The notes under the pieces are model-generated. The model was not told where the DNA came from and searched no databases. It worked only from the letters and a program-made list of their open reading frames with translations. A program made the translations under genes and the position numbers. From positions 38,911-102,910 of the forward strand of contig CAVYHV010000028.1 of assembly GCA_963768425.1 (NCBI GenBank): 64,000 nt of DNA, written 5' to 3'. Origin of the DNA: Candidatus Bathyarchaeota archaeon. Its GTDB lineage: Archaea > Thermoproteota > Bathyarchaeia > Bathyarchaeales > Bathycorpusculaceae. This document shows positions 63,619 through 64,000 of the stretch, piece after piece (the first letter of the stretch is position 1; the number at the start of each line of letters is the position of its first letter).

Positions 63619-64000
63619 TCACCTGTTATTTATAGCGGCGGTTTTTTTCAATCTCTTTTGAAACATTAAAACAACCAGCAAGGCAATAATAACTGCTGCG
63701 ACTACTCCAAGGGCAATAGTGGCTATCGGCAGTATAGTAGAAATCAGCGTCGGATGAGTGAGCGGATGATAGTCAATGTTATTCTGATCTATGACGTATG
63801 TTCCCTGCCCACGATAATTGCTCCAGTAATTACCTACCGTACCGTTATCCCAAAAGTTGCTTACTCCAGATTCCTGTAAGAGGTTTACCTGACCCAAGCT
63901 GTTGTTTTCAAAATTGTTATCATATATTGTATTGTTTGAAGAGCTAAACCACACATTAGCCATAACCGTTGTTGGTGAGTTCGTTTTCATATACCTGATT
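63619..64000 (-). CDS. C-terminus of a NosD/beta-helix surface protein (runs off the window)
   Basis: N.IY.NNF.NN...WDNG..GNYWS.Y...D.HPL plus TM anchor. Confidence 0.8.
   Translation of the reverse strand, partial: IRYMKTNSPTTVMANVWFSSSNNTIYDNNFENNSLGQVNLLQESGVSNFWDNGTVGNYWSNYRGQGTYVIDQNNIDYHPLTHPTLISTILPIATIALGVVAAVIIALLVVLMFQKRLKKTAAINNR

Overview
Archaeal chromosome segment, most consistent with Bathyarchaeia (inferred from a two-intron tRNA-Trp, GGTGA Shine-Dalgarno sites, TATA promoters, FtsZ, and stand-alone receiver and Lrp ligand-binding proteins). Many conserved genes are split by single-base indels, which looks like long-read consensus error rather than real pseudogenisation. Contents: ABC exporters, TatC, a kdpABC K+ pump island, Pit and Pst phosphate uptake with PhoU proteins, a Grs-like B12 radical SAM, an S53 peptidase, a PemK-type TA pair, and a ~14 kb head-tail virus packaging/head module (49-63 kb) with no recognisable tail tube, tape measure, integrase or replication genes. 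Top observations: (1) five promoters at 7.7-16.9 kb share a TTATGAAC box exactly 14 bp upstream of the TATA box, each followed by an unannotated 31-45 aa ORF, with kdpABC bracketed by DNA-binding-less Lrp/RAM proteins and no KdpDE in the window; (2) the tail-less viral module has host-type cargo inserted on the opposite strand and a ParB + ABC-ATPase/GNAT cassette joined at an A_AAA_AAC slippery site; (3) several unexplained repeats and operators.
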